Notes under the pieces: generated by a model
Database searches by the model: none
What the model was told of the DNA's origin: nothing
The model's input: only the letters and a program-made list of their open reading frames with translations
Made by a program: the position numbers and the translations under genes
In this document: positions 28,567 to 38,060 of the stretch, piece after piece
Layout: each line of letters opens with the position of its first letter
Position numbering within the stretch: the first letter of the stretch is position 1
Assembly: GCA_965657355.1 (NCBI GenBank)
Contig: CBFHOE010000003.1
Location: forward strand, 32,001-96,000
Direction of reading: 5' to 3'
Origin: Limisphaerales bacterium
GTDB taxonomy: Bacteria; Verrucomicrobiota; Verrucomicrobiia; Limisphaerales; JAJOIW01
Length of the DNA: 64,000 bases

Positions 28567-29574
28567 ATGCGAATACCTAGATTTTGGATTAAAGATACGA
28601 TGGAGGACCAGATTTTCCATGTAATGAGCCGGGTTGTGGACAAAAGGATGATTTTTGGTGACAGTGAAAAATCTTTGTTTCATAGGATAATGCGCCAAAT
28701 GGAAGGTTTTTCGGGTTGTGAAGTCCTAACATATTGCCTGATGGGGAATCATTTTCACATTTTACTAAGGGTGCCCAAGAAGCCTGATGACATGCTGGCT
28801 GGTGAAGTCGTGCGTCGCCTAGGATGGATATACCCAACGGACAGAGTGAAAGCAATTTCATCCAAACTTAATCAACTTTTAAAGAATGGTGAAACTGAGA
28901 AACATGCGGCCCTGATCCACAAGTATAAGAATAGAATGTTTGATTTGTCCGAATTTGTTAAGGGATTGAAACAACGATTCACTCAGTCCTACAATTTGCG
29001 TAACGAAAGAAAAGGCACTCTATGGGAAGAAAGATTTAAGAGTTTGTTGATAGACCCCAAGCAGAGAAGCCTTCTCGTTGTCGCCTCATATATTGATAAA
29101 AATCCTCTTCGAGCTGGCTTGGTAAAGAACGCTGAGGAATACCGTTGGTCTGGATACGGCGAGGCCCGTAGAGGTGAGCCTAAAGCACAAAAAGGAATAG
29201 CTTTTATTATCGAAGGGTTCAATAGAAGAAAAAACTTAGTCCGAAGTCTCCATGCTTATGGAATGATATTTGATAATGAGCTCAAAGAATCAAATCCTGA
29301 GTGGATTGATGATAATTCTGGAAATTTAGAAGGTGTTCATTCTCATCCTCGTGAGCGGCTTTCCAATGGTATTATATTAGGAGCTCAAGAATTTATCAGG
29401 AATTGTTTGGAGAAACCCTCTTATGCGGGGCCCACGAATTATTTAAATAAATTTCTTTCGGGGACCGGGTTAGAGGAGCGAAGAGTAGGAAGATTTTTCA
29501 CCCTTACTAAAAGTAAACGTAAAATTGTCGATAACTCTGAGAATGGTCAGTCTCTCTGCAATAAATATTGGTAG
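28567..29574 (+). mobile_element. REP-associated tyrosine transposase (RAYT; IS200/IS605 Y1 HUH superfamily)
   Basis: 'FHVMSR', HUH 'YCLMGNHFHILL', 'GTLWEERFKS', catalytic-Tyr motif 'YIDKNPLRAGLV', 'YRWS'. No terminal inverted repeats or tnpB seen. Confidence 0.8.
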
Positions 29575-29586
29575 ACGATTATAATC

Positions 29587-30486
29587 ATGGAAATATCCGG
29601 TTTAGGCTCATTTCTTGTGCCCCCAACGAGCCCTATTGAGGAAATAATGATTCCAGATTTTCAAAGCCGAGGGGTAAGATTGTTACTCAAGCGAGATGAC
29701 AAAATCCCTGGAATTTTGAATGGCAACAAGTATAGAAAGCTACGGCTTAATCTATTGAACGCCCGAGAGGAAGGGTATCAATCATTGGCAACATGTGGAG
29801 GGGCGTATTCTAATCACCTATTGGCACTTTCGGAAGCTGGAAAAGAATTTGGTTTTGATACTTTTGGATTTGTGCGGGGAGAAGAACCAAAAAAAAGAAG
29901 CAGTGTCTTAAAAAAATGTGAAAAAAATGGTATGGTCATTTCATGGGTTAGCAGAGCGCAATATCGAATGAGAGAAAGTCCCGAGTTCCCGATATCCTGG
30001 ATGGCAGATATTTGTGAGGATGCGTATTGGGTGCCAGAGGGGGGGACTAACAAGTTGGCTGTTGCCAGCTGCAGTCATATCGTCGATGAAATAGACGAAG
30101 ATTTTGACTACTTATGTTTGCCTTGTGGTACAGGAGGAACTTTTGCTGGATGTTTAAGTAGTTTAGTAAATAGAGCTTATGGCATTGGTATACCAGTTCT
30201 TAAAGGTGGAGAATATCTTACTGGTGAGATAAAAAAGTGGCTTTCAATAATGGGCGTAAATAATAATTCTTGGCATTTAGATGCCAGGTTTCATTTTGGA
30301 GGGTTTGCGAAAACGAGTAATGCTCTCGTCGATTTTGCCGAGAGGTTTTTTAAAGCATCCAATTATACGTATAAGCCAGACTTAGTATATAATGCAAAAG
30401 CCCTCTACGGGGTTTTCCAGCTTGTCCGTGAAGGGGCCATACCCCAGGGAGCAAAAGTGATATATTTGGTAACGCAGTCTCAATAA
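29587..30486 (+). CDS. PLP-dependent ACC deaminase / D-cysteine desulfhydrase family enzyme
   Basis: 'LKRDD', 'GNKYRKL', 'GGAYSNH', 'PEGG', 'CGTGGT'. Confidence 0.88.
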   Translation: MEISGLGSFLVPPTSPIEEIMIPDFQSRGVRLLLKRDDKIPGILNGNKYRKLRLNLLNAREEGYQSLATCGGAYSNHLLALSEAGKEFGFDTFGFVRGEEPKKRSSVLKKCEKNGMVISWVSRAQYRMRESPEFPISWMADICEDAYWVPEGGTNKLAVASCSHIVDEIDEDFDYLCLPCGTGGTFAGCLSSLVNRAYGIGIPVLKGGEYLTGEIKKWLSIMGVNNNSWHLDARFHFGGFAKTSNALVDFAERFFKASNYTYKPDLVYNAKALYGVFQLVREGAIPQGAKVIYLVTQSQ

Positions 30487-30571
30487 GCAGCCAGCATTTT
30501 TCACGTAAAAGTTGCTGTTTATCGATTTATTAATTGTTTTTATTTGAGATGTCGTTTGGTATCTTGAAATT

Positions 30572-30877
30572 ATGAATCTGCAATGTCATAAGTGCTCTGC
30601 TCAATGGCCAAAGAGGCAATCTCCTGGACGAAGAGATAGATGCGCGCGATGCGGTGCAGATATGAGGTGTTGTATGAACTGCAAAAATTATGATCCACAG
30701 GTAGCAGAACAATGCAAGGAAAGGGACGCTGATCCCGTAACAGATAAAGAACGTGCAAATTTTTGTGAGTTCTATTCTCCAAGGAGAGGAGGAAGTGGTT
30801 CTCACGGGGTAAGAGGTCAAAACCGTCCAGCAGGTGAAGATCCTACGCAGAAATTGAAAGATATACTCGGTATCTAA
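30572..30877 (+). CDS. Small cysteine-rich putative metal-binding protein
   Basis: CxxC 'CHKC', 'CARC', 'CCMNC', plus C and 'NFCEF'; nine Cys in about 65 aa. Confidence 0.7.
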   Translation: MNLQCHKCSAQWPKRQSPGRRDRCARCGADMRCCMNCKNYDPQVAEQCKERDADPVTDKERANFCEFYSPRRGGSGSHGVRGQNRPAGEDPTQKLKDILGI

Positions 30878-31007
30878 TCGCCTGGGTTGAATTAAAGAGC
30901 ATTTTATTGCGAAAATTTCCCCTGTTTATGCGTGGAAATGACACATTTTTTTGAATTCACACTTTATAATACATCCTAAAGCGTACACATTAATGTCTTA
31001 CTAGCTT

Positions 31008-31024
31008 TTGGCATATTGATTGCA
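31008..31024 (+). promoter_or_regulatory. Sigma54 (-24/-12) promoter
   Basis: TTGGCA-TATTGA-TTGCA: GG-N10-GC with near-consensus flanks, 76 nt upstream of the operon's first ATG. Confidence 0.75.
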
Positions 31025-31100
31025 TTAGGATAATGGGCAGCCGGCACTCCTGTAAAGCAATCGCAGAAGCAGTTGTTCAGGAAATATGTAATTTGCAACA

Positions 31101-32063
31101 ATGCGAGCATTTCAAACGATAGTTATCAATAGTTGTATGGAATTGGTGAGGCAACCGGTTTACCTGATGCTCTTGGTTGGTTCATCACTATTTATGATCA
31201 TTCTCGCTTCTGTTCCCTATTTTGGTTTGGGTGATGATCCGACCCTCGTGAAAAACAGCGTTCTCGCCATGACATTCATGACGGGGTTATTCGGTGGCAT
31301 TGTTGGCTCATCTCTCTCGATCAGCAAAGAAGTTTCCACTGGAACAGCTCTTGCGGTCATGGCGAAACCGGTAAAAAAGTGGATATTTGTTCTAGGAAAA
31401 TATGTAGGGTTGAGCGGGGCATTATTTCTATTGGCTTATTCGAATATGATTGCATCGCTCACTGCTAGTCGCATGGCTTATGATGCCTATAGCGGCGTTG
31501 ATTGGAACGCCTTTTTAATATTTACTCTATTTATCGCAGTGGCTCTAATTCTAGCAGGTGTCAGAAATTATGTATTTCGAAAACCTTTTTTGCAGGAGGC
31601 GGCGATGTATTCTGTCATATCGATGTCATGTGCTTTCCTTATTATATGGAAGATGACAGACCATAAAGTTAGCCTGAGTGACTATGCCCAGGTGGACTGG
31701 CGATTGTTCCCATCTATATTGCTGATCTATTTTGCAATACTTGTTTTAGCAGCTATAGCTGTAGTTTGTTCTACTAGACTAGATTTCTTGCCAACATTGG
31801 GGATTTGCTACGGGCTTTTTTTGTTGGGGCTTATGAGTGATTATTTTTTTGGGCAAGCTTCGTCAGACGGATTTTTAGTTTCGAAAATTTTATATACTTT
31901 AATACCCAATTGGCAGTTGTATTGGATGGCAGATGCCATCCAGCAAGGTCAAAGTATTCCTGTGACCTATATATTTCGTGCCTTTTTACAAATGTTATGC
32001 AGTGTGGGGTGGCTCCTCATTCTGGCAGTGGTTTTATTTGAAGATCGCGAGTTGACTTCATGA
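31101..32063 (+). CDS. ABC-2-type permease-like membrane protein
   Basis: About 8 TMs, 'ELVRQP', 'SKEVSTGTALAVMAKPVKKWIFVLGKY' (E-x3-GT...KP...GK motif), C-terminal 'LFEDREL'. Confidence 0.75.
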   Translation: MRAFQTIVINSCMELVRQPVYLMLLVGSSLFMIILASVPYFGLGDDPTLVKNSVLAMTFMTGLFGGIVGSSLSISKEVSTGTALAVMAKPVKKWIFVLGKYVGLSGALFLLAYSNMIASLTASRMAYDAYSGVDWNAFLIFTLFIAVALILAGVRNYVFRKPFLQEAAMYSVISMSCAFLIIWKMTDHKVSLSDYAQVDWRLFPSILLIYFAILVLAAIAVVCSTRLDFLPTLGICYGLFLLGLMSDYFFGQASSDGFLVSKILYTLIPNWQLYWMADAIQQGQSIPVTYIFRAFLQMLCSVGWLLILAVVLFEDRELTS

Positions 32064-33961
32064 TTGATCGATCTATTCAAAAAGCATCAGGAACAGTAAC
32101 TTGGGCTCTATTTGTAGCAGCCATTGTCTTTGAGTTGATTGCAACCCAGGTTGGAATCTATTCAAGTCATATTGCTGCAGTTTTTGCGGTTTGTGGGTTT
32201 GTAGGTTCTGCAATGGTGCAATTTATACTTCGCATTCAGCAAATGGAGTCTGAGGCATTAGCGGAGTTCAAGGAGCTAAAAACCAAAGAAGAAAATGGAG
32301 GTGATCAGAATCTCTTCCAAACTTCCGAAGAGAATATCCAAAGCCGACGCGTGAGGCAACAGGTTCAAAAGTGGGGTCTACCTGTTTTTTCGGTTCTTTT
32401 GGTTATTTTACAAGCTGTTCTTGGTTATTTTCTATGGCAAAAGTTTGGCAAAGAATCTGAATGGCAATCCAATGTTAGAACGCTTGGCCTGTCGGTCTTC
32501 GGAGGGATGATGCTTATCACTTTTCTTATCGGAAAGTATATGGCTGGACTTGCAAAAGGTGAAGCTGAGAAATGGTTGAGATATGGAGCTTCACAACTAA
32601 TTTGGATATCAGTTATTTGCTTTTTCATTAGTGGTATTATTATTGCGGATTGGGCAGGGTTCTCAGGTTGGGAAAAGTATTTAATAAAAATACTTATTAT
32701 GGTGCTTTGGGTGATTAGTCTGGAAATAGCCATAGGGTTAGTTTTTGAGATCTACAGACCACGAAAAGAAGGTGAAGGAATTAGATTTTTGTTCGAGAGT
32801 CGATTGCTAAGTTTTTTGAGTCACCCTGGTGGTGTTTTTGCCACGGTCGCGCAAGCTGTTGATTATCAATTTGGATTTAAGGTTTCTGAGACATGGTTTT
32901 ACAAATACCTGGAAAAAGCTGTTGGTTGGATTGTTCTTGTTCAGGTGATACTTTATTGGAGCAGCACTTGTGTCATTATAGTTGATCCGAACGAGCAAGT
33001 CATCGTTGAGAGGTGGGGGAAGACAAGGGATTCAAGCTCAGGAGTGGTTGAATCTGGACTCCACTTCAAATTGCCCTGGCCATTTGAAAAATCCTACCGA
33101 TATGACACAAAATTGATTCGTCGACTCATTCTCGGCCCAATCATCAGTGAGGAGCAGTCAAATTCCCAAACGCGGTTGTGGACACAAAATATTGGTATGG
33201 CTCAGGATCTTTATCTCGTAGCTAGCAGTGATATTGTTTCCTTATCCGGCTCTGAGCCTTCCAACACAGTCCCGGTAAATTTATTATCCGTGCGAATGCC
33301 TATTCAATACCGGATAACTGACGTCACAAAATGGGCTTTGGACCATAGTAACCCAGAGGACTTATTAGCCAATATTTCACAGCGTGAGATATTTTCTTAT
33401 TTTGTCAGTCAAGATTTTGATACATTGTTAATGAGAGGCAAGTTAGATGCTTCGAAACAATTGAAATCACTGATTCAAGAGCAATGTAATACACTTGGCC
33501 TGGGAATCGAAATTATACACATAAGCCTGCACGAACTACAACCTCCGGCTGTTGTGGCAAGAGAATTTGAAGAGGTTATTGGGGCAATACAAACCAAAGA
33601 AAAATTGTTGCTTGATGCTCAAGCTTATGCTGCTGGATTAATCCCAATGGCAAAAGCCGAAGCTGTTCAGCTAATAAACCAAGCTGAAGGGAAAAAACTG
33701 GCTCTGATATCTGAAGCCGAGGGTAAATCAGCGGCGTTTACAAATCGTTTGAAGGCATACAATGCTGCGCCTGATGTTTATGCAAAGAGGACCCATATGG
33801 AGGCATTATCTCAGGCTTTATCAGGAGTTAGGAAATATCTAATATTGACTACAAATCGAACAGATAATCTGGAATTGAATTTTGAAAAAAGTATCGACCA
33901 GGCACTTTTAAATTTGAATCTTGATAAGAACAAGACTCCTAACAGAGACACTAGTAAATGA
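32060..33961 (+). CDS. Multi-TM SPFH/band-7 protein (HflK-like)
   Basis: About 7 N-terminal TMs, then 'IVDPNEQVIVERWG', 'GLHFKLPWP', 'IQYRI', 'LQPP', Ala/Glu-rich coiled coil. ATGA overlap with the upstream gene. Confidence 0.85.
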   Translation: MIDRSIQKASGTVTWALFVAAIVFELIATQVGIYSSHIAAVFAVCGFVGSAMVQFILRIQQMESEALAEFKELKTKEENGGDQNLFQTSEENIQSRRVRQQVQKWGLPVFSVLLVILQAVLGYFLWQKFGKESEWQSNVRTLGLSVFGGMMLITFLIGKYMAGLAKGEAEKWLRYGASQLIWISVICFFISGIIIADWAGFSGWEKYLIKILIMVLWVISLEIAIGLVFEIYRPRKEGEGIRFLFESRLLSFLSHPGGVFATVAQAVDYQFGFKVSETWFYKYLEKAVGWIVLVQVILYWSSTCVIIVDPNEQVIVERWGKTRDSSSGVVESGLHFKLPWPFEKSYRYDTKLIRRLILGPIISEEQSNSQTRLWTQNIGMAQDLYLVASSDIVSLSGSEPSNTVPVNLLSVRMPIQYRITDVTKWALDHSNPEDLLANISQREIFSYFVSQDFDTLLMRGKLDASKQLKSLIQEQCNTLGLGIEIIHISLHELQPPAVVAREFEEVIGAIQTKEKLLLDAQAYAAGLIPMAKAEAVQLINQAEGKKLALISEAEGKSAAFTNRLKAYNAAPDVYAKRTHMEALSQALSGVRKYLILTTNRTDNLELNFEKSIDQALLNLNLDKNKTPNRDTSK

Positions 33962-34896
33962 AAAGGCAACAACTTACAATATGGGTTAGCGCGATATTGG
34001 CAGTATTATTTTTGCTAATCGTATTTATGTTTCAAGTTCGTCAGACCGAAATAGCGGTCGTGACAACCTTTGGTCAAATAACAAAGAGTTTGAAAGAGCC
34101 AGGTGGATATTTTCGATGGCCGTGGCCTATTCAAAATGTTTACAAATTTGATCGTCGATTACAGAATTTTGAAGGCCGTTTTGATCAGGTGACGACATCT
34201 GACAAGCGTAGTATCACTGTTTCAATTTTTGCCGGATGGCGAGTAAAGGAACCCAATTTATTCCAGCAACGATTTAAAGGGAGCTTTGAAAGAGCAAAAG
34301 ATAACTTAGAAGATTTGGTCAGAAATGCACAAGGCAGCGTGCTCTCTCAGTATCAATTTCAGGAGCTAGTATCGACCAACAAAGCCCAGATTAAATTAAA
34401 AGAAATTGAAAATAAAATTTTGGAAACAGTTCGATCGGATTCTGATGTTCAAGACTTTGGAATAGATGTTGAGTTTATAGGGTTTAAGCGAATAGGTCTT
34501 CCAGAGAGTATTACTGCAAAAGTTTTTGATCGAATGCGTGCAGAACGAATGCGTGATGTTAAGAAAATTGAAAGTGAAGGTGAAAGTTCGGCACTTCGCA
34601 TTCGTGCTGAAGCAGATAAAGAGCGGCAACGAATTATTGCTGAGGCTCAAGCTCAGGCTACGGTGATTGAGGGGCAGGGAGAAGCTGAAGCAGCCAGGTT
34701 TTATAAAATCTTTCAGGAAAATCCGGATTTAGCCATTTTCCTTCTAGAGACAGAGACTATAAAAGCGCTTTCCGAGAGAACGACTTTGATTTTGGATCAG
34801 AACACAGCGCCTTTTCACCGCCTAAAACAGGCTGAAGAAAATCTGGGGAAAAATCAAATCACACCAGACAAAGATACGGGTAATGGCCAACCTTAA
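33958..34896 (+). CDS. SPFH protein, HflC-like
   Basis: Single TM, 'FQVRQTEIAVVTTFG', 'PWPIQ', 'KVFDRMRAER', 'IRAEAD', 'GQGEAEA'. ATGA overlap. Confidence 0.88.
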   Translation: MKRQQLTIWVSAILAVLFLLIVFMFQVRQTEIAVVTTFGQITKSLKEPGGYFRWPWPIQNVYKFDRRLQNFEGRFDQVTTSDKRSITVSIFAGWRVKEPNLFQQRFKGSFERAKDNLEDLVRNAQGSVLSQYQFQELVSTNKAQIKLKEIENKILETVRSDSDVQDFGIDVEFIGFKRIGLPESITAKVFDRMRAERMRDVKKIESEGESSALRIRAEADKERQRIIAEAQAQATVIEGQGEAEAARFYKIFQENPDLAIFLLETETIKALSERTTLILDQNTAPFHRLKQAEENLGKNQITPDKDTGNGQP

Positions 34897-34910
34897 TACC
34901 TGAAAAAATT

Positions 34911-35993
34911 ATGCCGCAGAATCCGGGGGAAAAAACTAACCATTCACCATTAGATGAACTTGATAACAACCGTCATCAAGCTTTATCTGATGCCCTGAAG
35001 AGTAGTTTTATTATTATCCGGTTTGTGATGTTAGCCGTTGTAGCTGTCATAGTTGGATCTGGTGTTTTGATGGTAGAGCAGAATCAAGTTGCCATATTGC
35101 TGCGATTTGGAAAGCCTGTGATTACCGAGGGAAACCCATTACTACAGCCTGGTTTGCATTTCGCATTTCCAGATCCAATCGATGAGAAAGTTTTTGTAAA
35201 TGTGGGGGAAGCCATGTCAGTGAAGTCTTCGGTTGGCTGGTATAAGGTTGATCCTGAGCGTGAGATTAGGGGGCTAGGTCCGGAGCCAAAGGGGTTTTTA
35301 GTGCCGAGGCAAGACGGATACCTAATGTCTGCTGATGGAAACATTTTTCATGCTCAGGCAACACTAAAATACCGGATTTCTGATCCGTTAAAATTCGCAC
35401 TTGATTTCCAATCAACTACAAATGTATTGCGCGATTTATTGGACAATTCTTTGGTTCATTCCGCTGCCCAATTTACGGCACAAGAAGCGATCTATTCAAA
35501 ACAGGCAGAGTTCAAGGAAGCCATTACAGCTCAATTAAACAATATGGTTAATGATTACAGGTTAGGGATTGTTATGGATCCTTTAGATTTGGAAGTAAGA
35601 CCACCTGCTGACGTTAGAGAAGCATTTGAAATGGTAATGGCAAAAGATCAAGAGTGGAGCCAATTGATGAGTGAGGCGCAAAGTTATAAGAATGAAGTAA
35701 CACTCAAGGCAATTGGCGAAGCGGAAGCAATCAAATTGTCTGGCATCTCTCGATCAAATCAGGTGGTTAGAATGCTTGCCTCTGATGCTGAATTTTTTAA
35801 GGGGCAAATTGATTCTTATAAACAAAATCCCTCATTATTTGAACGCCGCGTGATGATGCAAATTGTCGGGCCGATATTAACGAATGCGACTGACATATTT
35901 TTGGTGCCTTCTGGTGAAGGACGCAAAGGTGAATTAAAAATAAAACTTAATCCACTGCCGCCTGCATCCAAATCACCAGTAGGGCCCCAATAA
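34911..35993 (+). CDS. SPFH protein, HflK-like
   Basis: Single TM, 'AILLRFG', 'PGLHFAFPDPIDE', 'SADGNI', 'YRISDP', 'PPADVREAF', 'AQSYKNEV'. Confidence 0.85.
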   Translation: MPQNPGEKTNHSPLDELDNNRHQALSDALKSSFIIIRFVMLAVVAVIVGSGVLMVEQNQVAILLRFGKPVITEGNPLLQPGLHFAFPDPIDEKVFVNVGEAMSVKSSVGWYKVDPEREIRGLGPEPKGFLVPRQDGYLMSADGNIFHAQATLKYRISDPLKFALDFQSTTNVLRDLLDNSLVHSAAQFTAQEAIYSKQAEFKEAITAQLNNMVNDYRLGIVMDPLDLEVRPPADVREAFEMVMAKDQEWSQLMSEAQSYKNEVTLKAIGEAEAIKLSGISRSNQVVRMLASDAEFFKGQIDSYKQNPSLFERRVMMQIVGPILTNATDIFLVPSGEGRKGELKIKLNPLPPASKSPVGPQ

Positions 35994-36022
35994 AAGAAGC
36001 TTGAAGGTAACTTAATGAAACA

Positions 36023-37972
36023 ATGACTGAAGCCGATAAACCACTTTTTGACACAACTGCGAGTGAATTATCATCACACACTGGTGATGATTATGACGAC
36101 AGTATGCGGTCCATTATATCGAAATTAGTCTTAACTTTTTTGGGTTTCTTATGTCTTTTAAATTCTCTGCTGGTTGACAATTTTTTTGATAAAGGTGCCG
36201 CAGTTGCCAGTATCAGCTCTCTTTTGGGCGCGATCATATTATCTGTTCCAGTTTTTGGAATGGCTTTGCGGGATATCCGAAAAGGAACACTCAGTATTAA
36301 TGAGCTTGTGAGCTTGGCGCTTCTAGCAACATTTGCTCAAGGAGATTATCTTACTGCTGGTTTGGTTGCTTTCTTTATGCTCCTAGCTGAAATCATACTC
36401 AACCGAACAGCAGTAGGTGCAAGAGCAAGTATAGCCTCACTTATTCAGTTAACGCCAGATGTTGCTATTCGAATGAATAGCGATGGTTCAACCGACGAAA
36501 TTAAAACTCGTGATTTGGCTGCTGGTGATATTATTCGAGTAAAACCTGGTGATAATATTCCTGCCGATGGAATTGTTATCAGCGGAATTAGTTCTGTAAA
36601 CCAGGCAACGATCACCGGAGAATCTTTGCCTGTTGACAAAACTGATGGAGATGAAGTGTTTGCCGGTACTTCTAATCTCAATGGAGTCTTAGAAATACGA
36701 GTGAGTCAGGTTGCCGAAAAAACGACCATTGGCCAAGTTCGCGACCTTATTATCAAAGCCGAGCAAACGAAACTTCCTCTCATGCGTATTATTGATCAGT
36801 ATATGGGCTACTATACACCACTGGTCTTGGTCATTTCAGCCATGGTTTGGCTTTTTACAAAAGACATGAACCGAGTCATTACGGTTATGGTTGTGATGTG
36901 TCCCGTGGCTTTTGTGTTGGCAACCCCCAGCGCGATGGTAGCCGCTCTTTCTGCAGCATCACGACTTGGGATTCTTATAAAAAATGTCGCTGATTTGGAA
37001 GCTGCTGGCCGGATAACTGGATTCATTTTTGACAAAACGGGGACTTTGACTACGGGTGAGTTAGCTGTTCAAAGGTTAGTTCCCATGGGAGATATTCAAC
37101 CAGCCGAACTTTTATTGCTCGCTGGCTCTGCAGAATCATTCAGTAATCATCCAACAGCCAAGGCCTTGGTAAAATTAGCCAAGGAGGCTCAGGTAGAGCT
37201 GGAAGAACCAAAAGAATTTCGGGAAGTAACAGGCAAAGGGGTTAAGGCTATAGTGAAAGGAGCACATGTTTCTGTGGGTCGCGGGAAATGGCTTAATGAG
37301 TCAGGTGTAGAATTTGATATTGAATCGGTCGTAGATTTGGACGAGACCGAAGGCTTCAGCCTTATTTTTGTAGCAAAGAATAATCAGCTAATTGGCTGGG
37401 TAGGATTGAGAGACCAAACAAGGGATCAAGCACAGTCCGCCTTGACCAAGCTGGAAGAGCTGAATGTAAAAAGAATTGCTATGGTGACCGGTGATAGAGA
37501 GCCAGTAGCAAAAAGAGTTGCTTCTGAAATTGGGTGTCGTGAAGTTTCGGCAGATTGTCTCCCTCAGGACAAAGTTGATTTTGTTGATAATATCAAAAAG
37601 CAAGGATTTCGGGTTGCGGTTGTAGGAGACGGTGTCAATGACGCCCCTGCTTTAGCTGCGGGAGATTTGGGAATAGCCATGGGGGCTGCAGGAAGTGAAG
37701 TTGCCATAAATAGCGCGACCATAGCTTTGATGAATAATGACCTTACCAAACTCCCATTTCTGGTCCAATTATCTAGAACTACACGACGAGTAATAAATCA
37801 AAATTTTTTATTAGGCTTGTTATTTATTTTAGGTGGCCTTGTGCTAGCTGCTGCCGGGTATCTGAATCCAGTGATTGCCGCGGTATTTCAAAATGCGGGA
37901 TCTTTATTGGTTGTCTTTAACAGCGCTCGATTAGTCAGGCAGGGCGAGGCCATGGATACGAATACTGAATAG
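36023..37972 (+). CDS. P1B-like (heavy-metal-type) P-type ATPase without N-terminal HMA domain
   Basis: 'TGES', 'CPV' in the metal-site helix, phosphorylation site 'DKTGT', 'HP', 'TGD', 'GDGVNDAPALA'. Confidence 0.92.
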   Translation: MTEADKPLFDTTASELSSHTGDDYDDSMRSIISKLVLTFLGFLCLLNSLLVDNFFDKGAAVASISSLLGAIILSVPVFGMALRDIRKGTLSINELVSLALLATFAQGDYLTAGLVAFFMLLAEIILNRTAVGARASIASLIQLTPDVAIRMNSDGSTDEIKTRDLAAGDIIRVKPGDNIPADGIVISGISSVNQATITGESLPVDKTDGDEVFAGTSNLNGVLEIRVSQVAEKTTIGQVRDLIIKAEQTKLPLMRIIDQYMGYYTPLVLVISAMVWLFTKDMNRVITVMVVMCPVAFVLATPSAMVAALSAASRLGILIKNVADLEAAGRITGFIFDKTGTLTTGELAVQRLVPMGDIQPAELLLLAGSAESFSNHPTAKALVKLAKEAQVELEEPKEFREVTGKGVKAIVKGAHVSVGRGKWLNESGVEFDIESVVDLDETEGFSLIFVAKNNQLIGWVGLRDQTRDQAQSALTKLEELNVKRIAMVTGDREPVAKRVASEIGCREVSADCLPQDKVDFVDNIKKQGFRVAVVGDGVNDAPALAAGDLGIAMGAAGSEVAINSATIALMNNDLTKLPFLVQLSRTTRRVINQNFLLGLLFILGGLVLAAAGYLNPVIAAVFQNAGSLLVVFNSARLVRQGEAMDTNTE

Positions 37973-37997
37973 TCTTTGTTCGTTTTATTTTTGCACT

Positions 37998-38027
37998 AAA
38001 AAACCTCTGTCCCTAATGGAACAGAGG
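37998..38027 (-). terminator. Intrinsic terminator downstream of rho (between convergent genes)
   Basis: Minus strand CCTCTGTTCC-ATTA-GGGACAGAGG (10-bp stem, one G-U) followed by T6. Confidence 0.85.
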
Positions 38028-38060
38028 AGATTAATTGTAGTAAATTTTTATCTACGGTTC

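Noticed and set aside
38006..38015. 10-mer (reverse complement TAGGGACAGA) matching the RAYT upstream flank at 28512-28521, as a possible REP copy
   Set aside because: A single 10-nt match is within chance, and this copy is explained as one arm of the rho terminator.
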